Source: Candidatus Eiseniibacteriota bacterium (lineage in GTDB: Bacteria > Eisenbacteria > RBG-16-71-46). From it: a DNA stretch of 64,000 bases. The notes beneath the pieces were generated by a model. The model was not told where the DNA came from and did no database searches. It worked only from the letters and a program-made list of their open reading frames with translations. The DNA is taken from the NCBI GenBank assembly GCA_041483195.1, contig JBGPFC010000005.1:100958-164957 (forward strand). Direction: 5' to 3'. A program made the position numbers and the translations under genes. Position 1 is the stretch's first letter. Each line of letters begins with the position of its first letter. Below, piece by piece: positions 50,580 through 61,566 of this stretch.

Positions 50580-50630
50580 TCCCGTGAGGCTCAAACCTCG
50601 TGTGGGTTCGACCCCCTCCTCCGGCACCAA
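50580..50630 (+). repeat. Duplicate 3' half of tRNA-Leu (att site)
   Basis: tcccgtgaggctcaaacctcgtgtgggttcgaccccctcctccggcaccaa. Confidence 0.92.
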
Positions 50631-50769
50631 GCAGTTGCAAGCAGTTGCGCCGCGTCCTCTGCGGCAGCCTCCGGCGCGAAGGCCCCGGATTGTGCCGCGA
50701 ATGTGCTAGTCGGCGCCGAATCGCTCCCCGGGAGGGGGACCACCTTGCGCGGCGAAGGCGAATCGGGGC

Positions 50770-50980
50770 GCCGCATCGTGGCGAGACGCCGCACCCCTTC
50801 GGCGAGGTCGGACTCGGAGACGATTGCGTAGCGGCGGCAAGTGCTCTCGGTCTTATGGCCCGCCAGTTTCATGGCCCAGGAGCGCGGCACGCTCGCACGT
50901 TCGAGGTTTCGGTCGGCGGCGCGGCGCAGATCATGGGCGAGGCGTCCCCGAACGTCAGCGTGCTCGCAGGCACGCTGGAG
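50770..50980 (-). pseudogene. Tyrosine integrase C-terminal remnant
   Basis: GRLAHDLRRAADRNLERASVPRSWAMKLAGHKTESTCRRYAIVSESDL (HxxR, GH, Y); N-terminal part absent. Confidence 0.8.
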
Positions 50981-51147
50981 TTGAGGTTTGGCGGCTTCCC
51001 GCCAGCCGGAATGGATTGCACAACTCGCGCAATCCAATGCTCATGTGCGGCGCGAGAGATGATCGAGACTTCGGGCCGAAATTGCGTGATTGCGGACCGC
51101 CCTCATCGTCGCGGGAGACAAGTTCAAAGACCGACGGCGGGAACGTA

Positions 51148-53673
51148 CTACCTCAGCAGAACTACCTTGCGCGTCTCGCAAATCGCGGGGCCGGTCAGTA
51201 GCACGAAGTACAACCCCGTCCTTACCCTCGATCCTGACTCGTCGGTTCCATCCCATATCACTGTTTCGGTCCCGGCGGGTTTCCCTGCATCCACCAGCCG
51301 GCGTAAGAGGCGCCCGCCAGCATCATAGACACTGAGTCGAACCCACCCCATCCGCGCGGTCGAGTAGCTCAGGGTGGTCGTTCCGCGAGACGGATTGGGC
51401 GAGGGTGGACGGAGATCGCTGATGGGAGGCCGCGCCTCCGGACCGCCCACATCAAGCACGTCTCCCGGCGACAGCACCCATGCATCGTTGAATCTCGAGT
51501 AGGGGCCACCGCCTCCTCCGAAGATCACCATGTGGCCGCGTATCGGGTCGTAGATCGCGCTGGGCCCGTACCGCGCGCCCGGCGGCGGGCCGCTGGGCGC
51601 CAGAGGCAGCCAGGCATGCGGGTCCGATAGCGGCAACTCCCAGACATCATCGTAGAGCAGCGCCCCGGATCCGCCGAAGATGACGATACGGTCGCGATAC
51701 GGATCGTAGATCTCGTCATAGCCGTAGCGCACTGCTGGGGTCGGTCCCGCAGGTATCAGCATCGTCCACGCGGGTGTACCTGACAACGACAGCGTCCACG
51801 TATCGTTGCCAGTGCCAGTGTAGGTATACCCGCCGAAAGTCACCATCTGGTCGCGTACTGGGTCGTAGATTGCGCTGATGCCGTAGCGCACGCCCGGCGG
51901 AACTCCGGTCGGCATCAGGGCCGTCCATGCCGGCATCCCCGAGAGCGAGAGCGCCCAGACGTCATTGAGGGCGCCAACGTAGCCGGCTCCCGCGAAAATC
52001 ACCATGCGGTCGCGCAGAGGGTCGTAGATCGCGCTTTGCCCCCACCGAGGCGCCGGCAGTGCGCCAGTCGGCAGCAATCTCGTCCATTCGGGAGCGCCCG
52101 AGAACGATAGCGCCCAGAGGTCACGTAGGTCATTTCCATTCCGTCCCCCGAACACGATCATGCGATCGCGCACGGGGTCATAGATCGCGCTGTGAAAACT
52201 TCGCCCATCCGGCGGTGTTCCGCTCGGCGTTAGTTGCGTCCATGCCGGCATGCCTGCCAGGGAGAGCGCCCAGACATCGTTCACGTTATAGAACCCGGAG
52301 TCTCCCCCGAAGATGACCATCCGATCGCGCACGGGATCGTAGATCGCGCTCTGGCCATTGCGTCCGTCGGGCAGCGTGCCCCCCGGGGCCACCACGGTCC
52401 AATCGGTCGCCGCTCCCAGCGCCAATGCCCAGGCATCATTGCGGACGCCGCCGCCGTACCCACCGAAAATGATCATCCGCGCGCGCAGTGGATCGTAGAT
52501 CGCGCTCTGGTAGGACCGCGGGGCCGGCGTTGTGCCGCTGGGGACCAGTGGCACCCATGCAATCGAATCCGCGATCGACAACGCCCATACGTCATTCAAG
52601 TCTTGTGAAAAGTCGTCGCCTCCGAACACGACCATGCGGTCGCTCCCGGCGTCGTAGATCGCGCTGTGGCCGAAACGAGCGCTCGGTGGCGTCCCGCTCG
52701 GCGCCAACGTGGTCCAGGCCGGTGTGCCCGACAGTAGGAGTGACAAGACGTCATTACTCGCGACCCCGCCGCCGCTGCTTCCTGCGAACACCAGCATGCG
52801 ATCGCGGACCGGGTCGTAGCTCGCGGTGTGATGGTATCGGCCGCTCGGAGGCGTACCAGTCGGCCTCAACAGCATCCAAGTCGCGGTGTCGGATAGCGAC
52901 AGAGCCCAGGTATCGTTTCGGAAGCCACTCGCGTCGTTCCCTCCGAACACCATCATGCGGTCGCGCACTGGATCGTAGATGGCGCTGTGACCAGCTCGAG
53001 CGCTTGGGCGCGTCCCGCTAGTCAACATCACCGTCCAAGCCGGTGCGCCTGACAGCGAGAGCACCCAGACGTCATTGAGGGACCCGGAACCGCTATCACC
53101 TCCGAACACGATCATGCGATCGCGCACGGGGTCATAGATGGCACTGTGGTTGAGGCGCGCGCTCGGTGAAGGGCCGTTGGGTGCCAGAGTCGTCCATCTC
53201 GGCGTGCCCGACAGTGAAAGAGCCAAGACCGCGTTGGCGGCCCCAGAGAGGCTGTTTCCACCGAACACGAGCATGCGATCGCGGACCGGGTCGTAGATCG
53301 CGCTATGACCGCTCAGCGGGTTGAGGTCGATTTTGACCCACGAGCCGTCGGTGGCATCCGTTGCGTGCCTAGGAGTAGACGCCCAGCCATCCGCTGCCTC
53401 GGAGCTGGATGCAGCCGTCTTGCCGCTACGAACCAAGCTCAGCATGAAGCTGCGCTGCCATGGCGAGAGCGCCGAATCTGCCGCGGCCTGTATCAGTCGC
53501 TCTCCCGCCTCTGGCGCCAACTCCGTCGCGGCAGAGTCGGGCGGCTCAGCCGACGACTCGTGGGGCGACACGACGAGCGCTGTCAGGCAAATGAGAGCGA
53601 GCCCCCGAATCAGAATCGGGACGGGCACACGCCAATCGCGACGACTCTGTGACCGTGGTTCAATGCGACTCAT
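51148..53673 (-). CDS. Secreted Kelch-like protein (12 repeats) with C-terminal FlgD-Ig/T9SS-CTD-like domain
   Basis: 12x SAIYDPxRDRMxxFGG..NDxW; PNPSR..VYDAGGR..WDGTDESG..GLYF..RKVVLLR; start approximate. Confidence 0.85.
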   Translation of the reverse strand: MSRIEPRSQSRRDWRVPVPILIRGLALICLTALVVSPHESSAEPPDSAATELAPEAGERLIQAAADSALSPWQRSFMLSLVRSGKTAASSSEAADGWASTPRHATDATDGSWVKIDLNPLSGHSAIYDPVRDRMLVFGGNSLSGAANAVLALSLSGTPRWTTLAPNGPSPSARLNHSAIYDPVRDRMIVFGGDSGSGSLNDVWVLSLSGAPAWTVMLTSGTRPSARAGHSAIYDPVRDRMMVFGGNDASGFRNDTWALSLSDTATWMLLRPTGTPPSGRYHHTASYDPVRDRMLVFAGSSGGGVASNDVLSLLLSGTPAWTTLAPSGTPPSARFGHSAIYDAGSDRMVVFGGDDFSQDLNDVWALSIADSIAWVPLVPSGTTPAPRSYQSAIYDPLRARMIIFGGYGGGVRNDAWALALGAATDWTVVAPGGTLPDGRNGQSAIYDPVRDRMVIFGGDSGFYNVNDVWALSLAGMPAWTQLTPSGTPPDGRSFHSAIYDPVRDRMIVFGGRNGNDLRDLWALSFSGAPEWTRLLPTGALPAPRWGQSAIYDPLRDRMVIFAGAGYVGALNDVWALSLSGMPAWTALMPTGVPPGVRYGISAIYDPVRDQMVTFGGYTYTGTGNDTWTLSLSGTPAWTMLIPAGPTPAVRYGYDEIYDPYRDRIVIFGGSGALLYDDVWELPLSDPHAWLPLAPSGPPPGARYGPSAIYDPIRGHMVIFGGGGGPYSRFNDAWVLSPGDVLDVGGPEARPPISDLRPPSPNPSRGTTTLSYSTARMGWVRLSVYDAGGRLLRRLVDAGKPAGTETVIWDGTDESGSRVRTGLYFVLLTGPAICETRKVVLLR

Positions 53674-53972
53674 CGAGGCGATCCTCCCTGATCGTGACCC
53701 GAGGCGGAAACTCTCGCTGGAGTCTACTCGAACGCGACAGCAAGCGCGTTGCGGGGGGTTCAAATGACCTTTGCCCCAACACTGGCGCAGCTCAAGATGC
53801 CAGTCTCTGCGGGTTAGGACTTGCAGCAAAGCGCCTGGCGAACTCGCCCGGCGTCTGATTCGAGAGGGCGCTGTGCCGCCGTCTCGCGTCATCCCGCTCC
53901 GGTTGCGGGTCGAGCGCTTAGTCGCCAGACGCGAGGCTGATCACGCGCCGCGCGTCCGCCTCAAGAGCACCG

Positions 53973-55334
53973 TCACATCAACTTCCTCGCCCTCGCCCCC
54001 CGTTCCAGCTCCTCGCGAAACTTCGGATGGGCGATCGCGATGAGCGCGAGTGCCCGCTCGCGCAGCGTCCTGCCGTGGAGGTCGGCCACCCCGAACTCCG
54101 TGACCACGTAGTGCACGTCGGCCCGCGAGGTCACAACGCCCGCACCCTCGTCGAGGTACGTGCTGATCCGCGACACCTGGGCGTCCTTCGCGGTCGAGAG
54201 GATCGCGATGATGGCCTTCCCCTCCTTGGCCCGCGTCGCCCCGCGAATGAAGTCCACCTGCCCGCCGAACCCCGAGTAGACCAGGTCGCCGATCGAGTCG
54301 GAGCAGACTTGCCCGGTGAGATCCACCTGGATGGCGGAGTTGACCGCCACCATCCGGTCGTTCTGGCAGATGATGAAGGGATCGTTCACGTAATCGCTGG
54401 GATGGAACTCCACGATCGGGTTGTTGTGGATGAACTGGAACAGCGGCTTCGTGCCCAGCACGAACGAGGCGACGATTTTCCCGGGGTGAAGGGTCTTCCG
54501 CTCGTTGGTCACGACGCCCAGCTCCACCAGCTCCGCCATGCCGTCCGAGAACATCTCGCTGTGCACCCCGAGGTGCTTGCGATCGTGGAGGTAGTTCAGC
54601 ACGGCGTCCGGGATGCCGCCGATGCCGAGCTGCAGGGTGGCGCCATCCTCGATGAGCGAGGCCACGTTTCGCCCGATCTGCTCGAACTCCGGGGACATCC
54701 TCACGCGCGGGAGCTCGACGAGCGGCTCGGCCGCCTCGACGAAGAAATCTACATTCCGCACGTGGATGAAGTTGTCACCGAGCACCCGTGGCATGTTGGG
54801 ATTGACCTGGGCGATTACCACGCGGGCCGCCTCGGCCGCCGCCTTGGTGCACTCGACGCCGACGCCGAAGCTGCAGAACCCGTGCTCGTCGGGCGGTGAC
54901 ACGTGGATGAGCGCGACGTCCAGCGGGATCCTCTTGGAAGTGAACAGGCGGGGGACCTCGGACAGGAAGATCGGGACGTAGTCGGCGCGACCCTCGTTGA
55001 TCGCGTCGCGCACGTTCTTCCCGGTGAAGAGGGCGACGTGCCGGAAGTGCCGCTCCATGCCGGGCTTTGTGTACTCCGCGCGGCCCAGCGACATGAGATG
55101 GATGATGCGGACGTTCTCCAGCCCCTCGCGGCGCGCCACGAGCGCGTCGAGCAAGCGCTGGGGGGCGGCGCAGCCGGGGTGCACGTAGACCGAGTCGCCC
55201 GACTTCACGACCCGGAGCGCCTCCTCGGCCGACACGAGCTTCAGGTGGAACAGCTTGTGGAACGCTGGAGCCACCGGTGGGCTCGCAACGCCCGCCGCGG
55301 GCGCGGCGGCCACGGCGTCAGCCGGCGAACTCAT
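53973..55334 (-). CDS. Acetyl-CoA hydrolase/transferase (4-hydroxybutyrate CoA-transferase-like)
   Basis: SPPDEHGFCSFG, LQLGIGGIPDAV, GVHSEM, SGFGGQVDF, VVTEFGVA. Confidence 0.9.
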   Translation of the reverse strand: MSSPADAVAAAPAAGVASPPVAPAFHKLFHLKLVSAEEALRVVKSGDSVYVHPGCAAPQRLLDALVARREGLENVRIIHLMSLGRAEYTKPGMERHFRHVALFTGKNVRDAINEGRADYVPIFLSEVPRLFTSKRIPLDVALIHVSPPDEHGFCSFGVGVECTKAAAEAARVVIAQVNPNMPRVLGDNFIHVRNVDFFVEAAEPLVELPRVRMSPEFEQIGRNVASLIEDGATLQLGIGGIPDAVLNYLHDRKHLGVHSEMFSDGMAELVELGVVTNERKTLHPGKIVASFVLGTKPLFQFIHNNPIVEFHPSDYVNDPFIICQNDRMVAVNSAIQVDLTGQVCSDSIGDLVYSGFGGQVDFIRGATRAKEGKAIIAILSTAKDAQVSRISTYLDEGAGVVTSRADVHYVVTEFGVADLHGRTLRERALALIAIAHPKFREELERGARARKLM

Positions 55335-56451
55335 GGGTCGGCCTCCGCTCGGAATCCCGGAAAGGCAGGTCGAGCGCCTCCGCGATCTTCCGATTCACGC
55401 AGTAGCCGTCGTGCGTGTAGAAGCCGCGGCCGAGCGTGCGATCGGTGTGCAGCACTTTCTCCGGGCCGACGCGCGTCAGCGCTTCGAGGTAGGGCAGCAG
55501 GATGTTGGAGAGCGCGACGGTCGCCGTTCGCGGCACCAGCGCCGGGATGTTGGGGACGCAGAAGTGGATGACGTTCTCGCGAACGTAGGTCTGATCGATG
55601 ATGGTGGTCGGCCGGGAGGTCGTGGAGCAGCCGCCCTGGTCGATGGAGACATCCAGGAATACGGACCGCGGCCTCATTCTGCGGATCAGCTCCTCGTCGA
55701 GCACGTGAGGCGTGGCCTCCATCCGCATCAGGACCGCCCCGATCAACACGTCCGCGATCGGCACGAACCGGCTGATGTTGTAGGGGCTCGCGGTGGCTGT
55801 GACGATCCGCCCGCCGCCGCGCTCGTCGAGCTTCCGAAGGCGCGCGACGTCCCGGTCGAGCGCGATCACGTGCGCACCGAGTGCGGCGGCCTTGAGTGCG
55901 GCGTGGGTTCCCACCACGCCGGCCCCCAGGATCACCACGACGCCGGGCGGCACTCCCGGGATGCCCTCGAGCAGCGTGCCGTTCCCGCCCTGTCGCGACT
56001 GCAGATAGTGAGCCGCGATCGGGATCACGAGCTTGCCCGCGATCTCGCTCATGGTGGTCAGCACCGGCCGGTCGCCATCGGACTCCTCGATCGACTCGAA
56101 CCCGATGGCGGTGATCCGGCGCCGGAGGAGCAGCTCGAGGTGGCGGCGGGTCGCGTGAGAAAGCTGGAGGAACGACATGAGCACGCGTCCCTCCTCGAGC
56201 TTCTGGTATTCCTCATCCGACGGTGGATACACCTTGAGGATGATCGAGGAGCGCCCGAACACCTCGTCGGCCGAGTACATCACGGTCGCCCCGGCCTCGC
56301 GATACGACTGATCGTCGAAGCCCGACGCCGCGCCGGCGTCCGACTGGATGACGACGCGGTTCCCCTGCCGCACCAGCTCGCCGACGGCGAGCGGGATGAG
56401 CGGCGCCCGGGCCTCGCCGACGTAGGTTTCCTTCAAGATGCCGATGTCCAT
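55318..56451 (-). CDS. ald: Alanine dehydrogenase-like protein
   Basis: [38 protein letters not shown]; catalytic His position altered. Confidence 0.75.
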   Translation of the reverse strand: MDIGILKETYVGEARAPLIPLAVGELVRQGNRVVIQSDAGAASGFDDQSYREAGATVMYSADEVFGRSSIILKVYPPSDEEYQKLEEGRVLMSFLQLSHATRRHLELLLRRRITAIGFESIEESDGDRPVLTTMSEIAGKLVIPIAAHYLQSRQGGNGTLLEGIPGVPPGVVVILGAGVVGTHAALKAAALGAHVIALDRDVARLRKLDERGGGRIVTATASPYNISRFVPIADVLIGAVLMRMEATPHVLDEELIRRMRPRSVFLDVSIDQGGCSTTSRPTTIIDQTYVRENVIHFCVPNIPALVPRTATVALSNILLPYLEALTRVGPEKVLHTDRTLGRGFYTHDGYCVNRKIAEALDLPFRDSERRPTHEFAG

Positions 56452-56452
56452 G

Positions 56453-58747
<2,295 letters not shown>

Positions 58748-59266
58748 GGCAGTTCGTCTCCATCGATCCGCGTCGCGCCGCCGCGCGCGATTCCCCGCCG
58801 GCTCTCCATCGAACTCGCCGCCCGTGGTGCCGTCCGATGGGACGGACCCGCGCGGTCCGACGGATGCGCGAAGCGATCGCCGCGTTGTCTCTGCATCGAC
58901 CGCTCCAATCCGCGCGTCGGGGATCCCAGGGGATCCCAGCGGCCGAATCTGCAACGGCACCGCAGGGTTGGAGGCGCGGCGTCTCCCGCCTGACTCCGGG
59001 TCGAGCCCGCTCTCACATCTAGATCCGGCAGTCATGTCGCGACGGTCTGTCAGGTTCCGACACTTTGCGAAAGCATGGCACCAGAGGGGGCGTCTCCAAA
59101 TGCCTGAGTTGCGAGTGCTTGCAGGCTCGCATCGCGATCGGGCGGATCGTCGGGGGCGGCACGGCTCGTGCAGTTCTTCGTTCGCAGTCGTCGGGCCCCC
59201 CGGTCGTCATCCTGGGGCGTTTGCGCCCCTGCTTGGCCGCAGCGTTTCGGCTTTGAAGGAGGCGCC

Positions 59267-60973
59267 ATGGCCCGGAGAGTCTTGCTGGGCGACGAGGCCG
59301 TCGCCCTGGGTGCCGTGCACGCCGGCGTGTCGTCCGCTTACGCCTACCCCGGCACTCCCGCCACCGAGATCCTCGAGTTCCTGATCGAACACGAGAAGGC
59401 GCATCGCCGCCCGCATGCGGCGTGGTGCGCCAACGAGAAGACGGCGTACGAGGCCGCGCTCGGCACCTGCTTCGCCGGCCGGCGCGCGCTCGTGAGCATG
59501 AAGCACGTCGGGCTCAACGTCGCGGCTGACGCGTTCGTGAATTCCGCGCTGGTGGCTCCTCACGGCGGCCTGGTGCTGGCGGTGGCCGACGATCCCGGCA
59601 TGCACAGCTCGCAGAACGAGCAGGACAGCCGGTTCTATGCCGACTTCGCGCGCGTGATCTGCCTCGAGCCTGCCACTCAGCAGGAGGCCTACGACATGAC
59701 GCGCGAGGCGTTCGATCTGTCCGAGCACTTCCGCGTTCCGGTGATGCTCCGCCTGGTGACGCGCCTCGCACACAGCCGCACCGCGATCGAGCTGGGGATT
59801 CCGCACGGCGAGAACGGGCTCAGCCGGGCGCCGGTGCGCAGCTCGTGGATCCTGCTCCCGGGAAACGCGCGCCGGCAGTGGCGGGAATTGCTCGGCCGCC
59901 AGCCCGCGATGCTGGCCTGGTCGGAGGAATCGCCGCACAATCCGCTGACCCTCGACTCGGAGCGGCGCGAGCTCGGGGTGATCACGGCCGGGATCGCGAG
60001 GAACTACTACCGCGAGATCCTGCCCGACCTGGGATGGCAGCCATCGCATCTCCACATCGGCACGTACCCGCTGCCGCTCGCGCTGGTGCGGCGGCTGGTG
60101 GCTCACGTGGAGCGGGTGCTGGTGCTCGAGGACGGATATCCGTTCATCGAGCGGCAGCTGCGCGGGCTGCTGCCCGCAACGCATGCGGTCGCGGGGCGCA
60201 TGAGCGGCGAGGTGCCGGAGAGCGGAGAGCTTTCGCCCGACGTGGTACGCGCGGCTCTGGGGTTGGCCGCGCGCCCGAGACTCGAGCCCGATGGTTTCGC
60301 CGCGCCCGCCCGCCCGCCGCAGCTCTGCTCGGGCTGCCCGCACGGCCACGCCTATCGCGCCCTCAAAGAAGCCCTGCGGAACGAGCTCGCCCCGATGGTC
60401 ACGGCGGATATCGGCTGCTACACGCTCGGCGCGCTCCCCCCCTTCTCGGCGATCGAGTCGTGCGTGTGCATGGGCGCCTCGATCGGCATGGCCCGCGGAG
60501 CCGCCGAGGCCGGTGTGCATCCCGTGATCGCCGTGATCGGCGACAGCACGTTCCTCCACTCGGGGGTCACGCCGCTCATGGACGCGGTGGCGGCCGACGC
60601 CGACATGACGGTGCTCATTCTGGACAACAGCGCCGTGGCGATGACCGGGGCCCAGGATCCGATCGTCCCATCCGAGCGCCTGCATGCGATCGTGCTCGGG
60701 CTGGGTGTCGCCCGCGAACACTGCCACGTGGTCGACCCGCATCCGCGACGGGTGGCGGCGAACGCGGAGGTGCTGCGGCGCGAGATCGCGCATCGCGGAC
60801 TCTCGGTGGTGATCGCGGCCCGTGAGTGCAAGGAGATCGTCCGCCGCCGGTCGCGAGGCGACTCGTCCGCGGCGGAGACGCCCGCCCCTGCTGAAGACAC
60901 GCCGGGGCCGCGCGAGATCGTTGACGAGTGGTCGATCCCAACTGACGCATCGCCGGCGGAGGTGGCGCCGTGA
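59267..60973 (+). CDS. iorA: Indolepyruvate:ferredoxin oxidoreductase alpha subunit
   Basis: RBS GAAGGAGG; YPGTPATE, NEKTAYE, MKHVGLNVAAD, SSQNEQD, LCSGCPH, DIGCY, IGDSTF. Confidence 0.92.
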   Translation: MARRVLLGDEAVALGAVHAGVSSAYAYPGTPATEILEFLIEHEKAHRRPHAAWCANEKTAYEAALGTCFAGRRALVSMKHVGLNVAADAFVNSALVAPHGGLVLAVADDPGMHSSQNEQDSRFYADFARVICLEPATQQEAYDMTREAFDLSEHFRVPVMLRLVTRLAHSRTAIELGIPHGENGLSRAPVRSSWILLPGNARRQWRELLGRQPAMLAWSEESPHNPLTLDSERRELGVITAGIARNYYREILPDLGWQPSHLHIGTYPLPLALVRRLVAHVERVLVLEDGYPFIERQLRGLLPATHAVAGRMSGEVPESGELSPDVVRAALGLAARPRLEPDGFAAPARPPQLCSGCPHGHAYRALKEALRNELAPMVTADIGCYTLGALPPFSAIESCVCMGASIGMARGAAEAGVHPVIAVIGDSTFLHSGVTPLMDAVAADADMTVLILDNSAVAMTGAQDPIVPSERLHAIVLGLGVAREHCHVVDPHPRRVAANAEVLRREIAHRGLSVVIAARECKEIVRRRSRGDSSAAETPAPAEDTPGPREIVDEWSIPTDASPAEVAP

Positions 60974-61566
60974 AGTACGATCTCATTCTGGCGGGTGTGG
61001 GCGGGCAGGGCGTGCTCTCGATGGCGGCGATCATCGGCAACGCCGCGGGGGCCGAAGGTCTGTTCGCCAAGCTCTCCGAGGTCCACGGGATGGCGCAGCG
61101 CGGCGGGGCGGTGCACTCGCACCTGCGGCTCTCGGATCTGCCGATCGAGAGCGACCTGATCTCGCTCGGCACCGCGAACCTCATCCTCGGCATGGAGCCG
61201 TTGGAGAGCCTGCGCCACCTCGAGTACCTCTCGCCCACCGGTACGCTGGTGACGGCGTCCACTCCGCTGCTGAACATCCCGGATTACCCGGCGGTGGCCG
61301 ACGTTCTGGAACGCATCCGTCGCCTGCCCCGCGCGATCGTCATCGACGCCGAGAAGCTGGCGACCGAGGCCGGCGACCCACTCGCCATGAACTCCGTCAT
61401 GGTAGGAGCCGCGGCGCATCTGCTGCCCCTGAAGGGCGTGAGCGTGGAGTCCGCGGTGGCCGAGACCTTCGCCCGCAAGGGATCGCACGCGCTCGCGGTC
61501 AACCGTGCGGCGTTTCTGTCCGGCCGTGCGGCGGTCGACCACGCGGGCGAGGCGGCCAGCCGATGA
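60970..61566 (+). CDS. iorB: Indolepyruvate:ferredoxin oxidoreductase beta subunit
   Basis: LAGVGGQG, SEVHGMAQRGGAV, EPLESLR. Confidence 0.92.
   Translation: MKYDLILAGVGGQGVLSMAAIIGNAAGAEGLFAKLSEVHGMAQRGGAVHSHLRLSDLPIESDLISLGTANLILGMEPLESLRHLEYLSPTGTLVTASTPLLNIPDYPAVADVLERIRRLPRAIVIDAEKLATEAGDPLAMNSVMVGAAAHLLPLKGVSVESAVAETFARKGSHALAVNRAAFLSGRAAVDHAGEAASR

Larger units (their letters stand above)
48399..50630. mobile_element. tRNA-Leu-anchored islet bounded by 51-bp att-like direct repeats
   Basis: 48399-48449 repeated at 50580-50630 with one mismatch. Confidence 0.85.

Noticed and set aside
50580..50630. Second tRNA-Leu gene
   Set aside because: Only the 3' half is present; no D-arm or intact anticodon
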